A DNA stretch of 64,000 bases from Fimbriosthenelais zetlandica. Lineage: Eukaryota. Under the pieces are notes generated by a model that did no database searches, had not been told where the DNA came from, and saw only the letters and a program-made list of their open reading frames with translations. How positions within the stretch are numbered: position 1 is the first letter of the stretch; each line of letters begins with the position of its first letter. The translations under genes were made by a program, and so were the position numbers. The DNA lies in assembly GCA_977030845.1 (NCBI GenBank), contig OZ365116.1, forward strand, positions 20,460,001 to 20,524,000. The letters are read 5' to 3'. Shown piece after piece: positions 59,250-64,000 of this stretch.

Positions 59250-59255
59250 AATAAA
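59250..59255 (+). terminator. Candidate malic enzyme polyA signal AATAAA (a second one at 59953-59958)
   Basis: Hexamer about 65 nt after the stop codon. Confidence 0.45.
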
Positions 59256-61078
59256 GTTAACATCATCTGGCAGTGTCTACACTACAATATCACCAAGAAG
59301 AAGCACTCGATTCAAAAGCTCAAAGATATAAACTTTATTTCTGTAGACTATGTAAACAGGGAATTATTTTCTTAGAGAATTAGTTGGTTTTCACGAGTAG
59401 TATGATGTATTAAACTATTATTTTGTTTTGTACTTTGGAGATGAAACCAGTTCTTGTACATATTACAATTAAGGTGTACATTTCTTCATTCATACTAGAC
59501 TATTGTTTTTATTCAGTTGAGATTATTTGTTGTGTAGAAAAGTTACATAATGATGAGTTGAAGGTGGGAGTAGAGAGTGGCCTTTTCTATGAAGGCATGC
59601 AGTTGTATTATTTTCCGTTTCGTTCGCTATTCCTTTTTGCTAAGTAACCACTAAAATGATTTTCCGTTGTTGAAGCCCTTATTTTCATCTTACTGAGAAT
59701 CTCACCCACGGTAGTAGATACGGGTCTTTCTCTTTTTGTATAATCTATTACTCCCCAACTTCATTCTATGAAACCCTATTTTAGTGTGCCATATTTTTTT
59801 CATGTTATCGTTATTGTAAATTATCGCAAGGAAACAATTTCTATTACCTTTACATACTCAGTTTTAATGCGTAAGTGTTATGCACTTTTCATTTTTTGAC
59901 GCAGAAATGGTGATAAATGTCTAGTTTTCGTCCTTTAGACGCTGGATCAAATAATAAACTTACTTAATAATAAGGTTAATTATGTAAAACTTACATGTGA
60001 GGTAAATTTTATAGGATTTTATTATTGGCTGCATTGAATTATAGAACAGCTTTACCTATGTATCCTAGTGTTGCATATAGCCCACTAAACTAGTAATTAA
60101 ATTTTATGACACCCTAAATTATTCGGTATAAATGTGAACAATTAGTGATGCAACATCTTTATGCATCAAATATTGGTTAATTCTCTTTATAATTATGTCA
60201 CTGAGGATATCTAGGACGCACTCTACTGATTTGCGTTGTTTTACTTCTGTTTAATACTCTTAGAGATATAATCATACTATAATCACCTAAAGTTAGAATG
60301 TGATTTTTGTAGAATTCTTTACACATGAAATATCCAATACAAAGTCTAGTTTTACTGTATTTAAAAGGCAAGTCGATATATTCTTGGGAATTAATATTGC
60401 AGAGTATTATAGATAATACAATTCTAGGACTGTGAATTGTTTTGTACCGAGTTACCCATTGTATTGGTAAATAATTCTAGTTATACTCGAGTTAGAGTAC
60501 CCAGTAGTGAAGATTCCTATATGATTTTGTTTCTAATTAAGTATTAATTGGTCATAGCTGCTACGATCTTAGGCGTTTAAAGATATCTAGAGATAAAGAT
60601 TGATATGATTTATGAAAATAGATAAGAACTTGCCTTTTCGTTACGTGACATAAGATCTATCTCGTATTGCACAATGACAACAGCACTCATCTGTTGATGT
60701 AGATTTCATTTCACTGTATGCATAATCCTGGAACGTGCCTGTGTACTAGAGAAGAACCGGTGTGGTAGCTGTGATGAACAGTTTGAATTATCAATAATTG
60801 TCATAATGATTATTTCCCTTCCTTGCCCAGACGAGGCGGCCAATAAAAATACTGTAATGGCCAGAATTTTGCAGTGTGCTGTTTCTTTGAGCGTGAATCT
60901 GGGGAATTAATGAAAAAATAGAATTTAAAAAGAGTAAATTTATCATTGTATAAATTCTATATTTCAAAATCCGTCCATAGGGGTCACCCATGATTTACAT
61001 TATAATATTATGGTTCGATCTGTATGGTGGAACGATTGGTAACGTGCAGATAATCCTCAGGTAATGCTTTCATTCAAT

Positions 61079-61440
61079 CCATATATGGAGAGAAAGAAAC
61101 GTTTGATGCATGCCAATAAATTACAAAACCATGTGAAACCACTGAACCATGGTAGGAGTCCCGAACCATTCCTATTTTCACCAGTGATTGGTCAATTTCT
61201 ATTTTAAGCCAGGTGTAAGTCATTAGTTCAACACACTTTGGCCATGTTAAGAAGGAGTCACATATGGACCTGTGTGGTCTTACACCATCCTGACTCGGGT
61301 CATAATCCCTGTACACGTCACTAGTGGTTACTGGTGGGAGGTCGGTCGGACAGACTCATGCCTATATATGGAAGTTGATCAGTGGTGTATGGAGTTAAGT
61401 TAGGTATATAAGGCTCCCGTCCCTGGAGTTGATTCACTCT
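61079..61440 (+). promoter_or_regulatory. Actin core promoter: CArG box, TATA box, initiator
   Basis: CCATATATGG 61079-61088 (perfect CArG); near-CArG CCTATATATGG 61361-61371; TATATAAGG 61405-61413; Inr TCACTCT with A+1 at 61436, 31 nt after the first TATA base. Confidence 0.8.
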
Positions 61441-61503
61441 GCTCCTGCCTGCTCAATACAGTCACACATCAATCTCCACAAGGTCCGACAAACATCTTTT
61501 TGG
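61436..61503 (+). other. Non-coding first exon of actin (intron 61504-62627)
   Basis: Donor GG|GTAAGA at 61504 and acceptor ttcttctag|G at 62627, 26 nt before the ATG. A 5' UTR intron is typical of actin genes. Confidence 0.75.
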
Positions 61504-61979
61504 GTAAGAAAACTTTCGCTATCGTTGGTTCAAGCTGTAGCTAAATACTGAGTTGAAATGAAATTTGTGCACTTAATATTTCCCATGGCATATAGGTATT
61601 GTCCCAGATGAGTAATTTGGTTCTTAACTTCTTACACACTTGTTGTAGCGTCATGAACTAGGCTTTTGAGGTAACTTTATAATGCAGGATATTATACTGT
61701 GTAAAAATCAGTTGTGAATGCGTTTGACATTTTTTAAAATATTTTATTTGAATAACTAAATATAATTTTTGTATATCGTACATTTTGTATATCTATTTTT
61801 TATTTACTCAGTATTAGACATTCAGTTACTTCTATACAGATTCCTATGCCGCCTAGGCCTATCTGTGATTCTAGTACGCACTTTATGTTTAACTAAAATG
61901 CATGAAATCTGTTACGTTAAATAGATAGGGCGTTTCATATTTGTATCCAATAACGAGGGCTGCTGTGCATGTTGGATGT

Positions 61980-62107
61980 CCATATAAGGCATTGATCACT
62001 GATGCTCCTCCATAACAGGAAATAGTCCTCCCACAGTTTCCTATTTTGGGGGTTAATTACACTTCGCATGTACCCAACCCATCATATCTGTATTTGACCA
62101 AATAAGG
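61980..62107 (+). promoter_or_regulatory. Cluster of CArG (SRF) boxes in actin intron 1
   Basis: CCATATAAGG 61980-61989, CCTATTTTGG 62040-62049 and CCAAATAAGG 62098-62107 are perfect CC(A/T)6GG. CCATAACAGG 62010-62019 has one mismatch. Confidence 0.8.
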
Positions 62108-62599
62108 TAGTCGGCTCAGTGATACCGATAGATGAAAGGTGATCACAACAGGAAATGTTATTATTAGCATGGATGACTTGCTGTGCGACACGCATGGCTG
62201 GACAGGATCATGAGTTAATTGTGAGCTAATGAGTTAATAGGGGGCTGGAGTTGGAGGGAGACACTAGCATCCCTGTGTAATTATATCAGGAGGACTGAAG
62301 GCCTTCTATTAAGACAGGTACACAAGTCCTTTTATGTAGGAATCCTCTACGCCTTACAACCATGGCGGTGTAAACATACTTCATGAAAACAGAGGTCTAC
62401 TGATTGATGATCAAGGGACAGCTGATACATGTTGTACTTTGTCTCACCATCTGTCTGTCGTTTAATACCAGTCAATCAATTAGAACAGCGTCTATTGTAC
62501 AATTTGTCAAAGACAAATGCATAATATATGTTTTTCCTTGAGCATTATCTTCATTCATTAGCCTATAGAAATTTTAATATATTTATAAATATTATTTGA

Positions 62600-64000
<1,401 letters not shown>

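Overview
Eukaryotic (bilaterian invertebrate) genomic DNA with four spliced genes, reconstructed by eye from GT/GC-AG boundaries, phase continuity and recalled family sequences. (1) TULP4/Tusp on + (WD40, SOCS box, long low-complexity exon, Tubby-like C-terminus): 11 coding exons at 33136-44767. Its first coding exon is not in the window, so 1-33135 is most likely one intron of at least 33 kb with no recognisable coding content. (2) ORC3 on -: 18 exons at 48396-52719, 700 aa, tail-to-tail with TULP4, containing a textbook U12 minor intron and a probable GC-AG intron. (3) Mitochondrially targeted, NADP-type malic enzyme on +: 10 exons at 53976-59184, 625 aa, head-to-head with ORC3 across about 1.26 kb. 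(4) An actin on +: TATA/Inr, non-coding exon 1, CArG-box cluster, CDS from 62654, truncated at the window end. Two MITEs (Tc1/mariner-like and PIF/Harbinger-like) and a (CATT)n microsatellite are present. The most unusual unexplained signals are a dense island of the palindrome TAGGCCTA around the ORC3/malic enzyme bidirectional promoter, repeated RFX X-box-like motifs across TULP4, and a candidate ATG-donating 33-nt microexon upstream of TULP4 exon 2. No prokaryotic systems, CRISPR arrays, tRNAs or rRNAs were seen. I found no clearly novel multi-gene system. All motif counts are by eye, the taxon cannot be fixed from the sequence alone, and no database searches were run.
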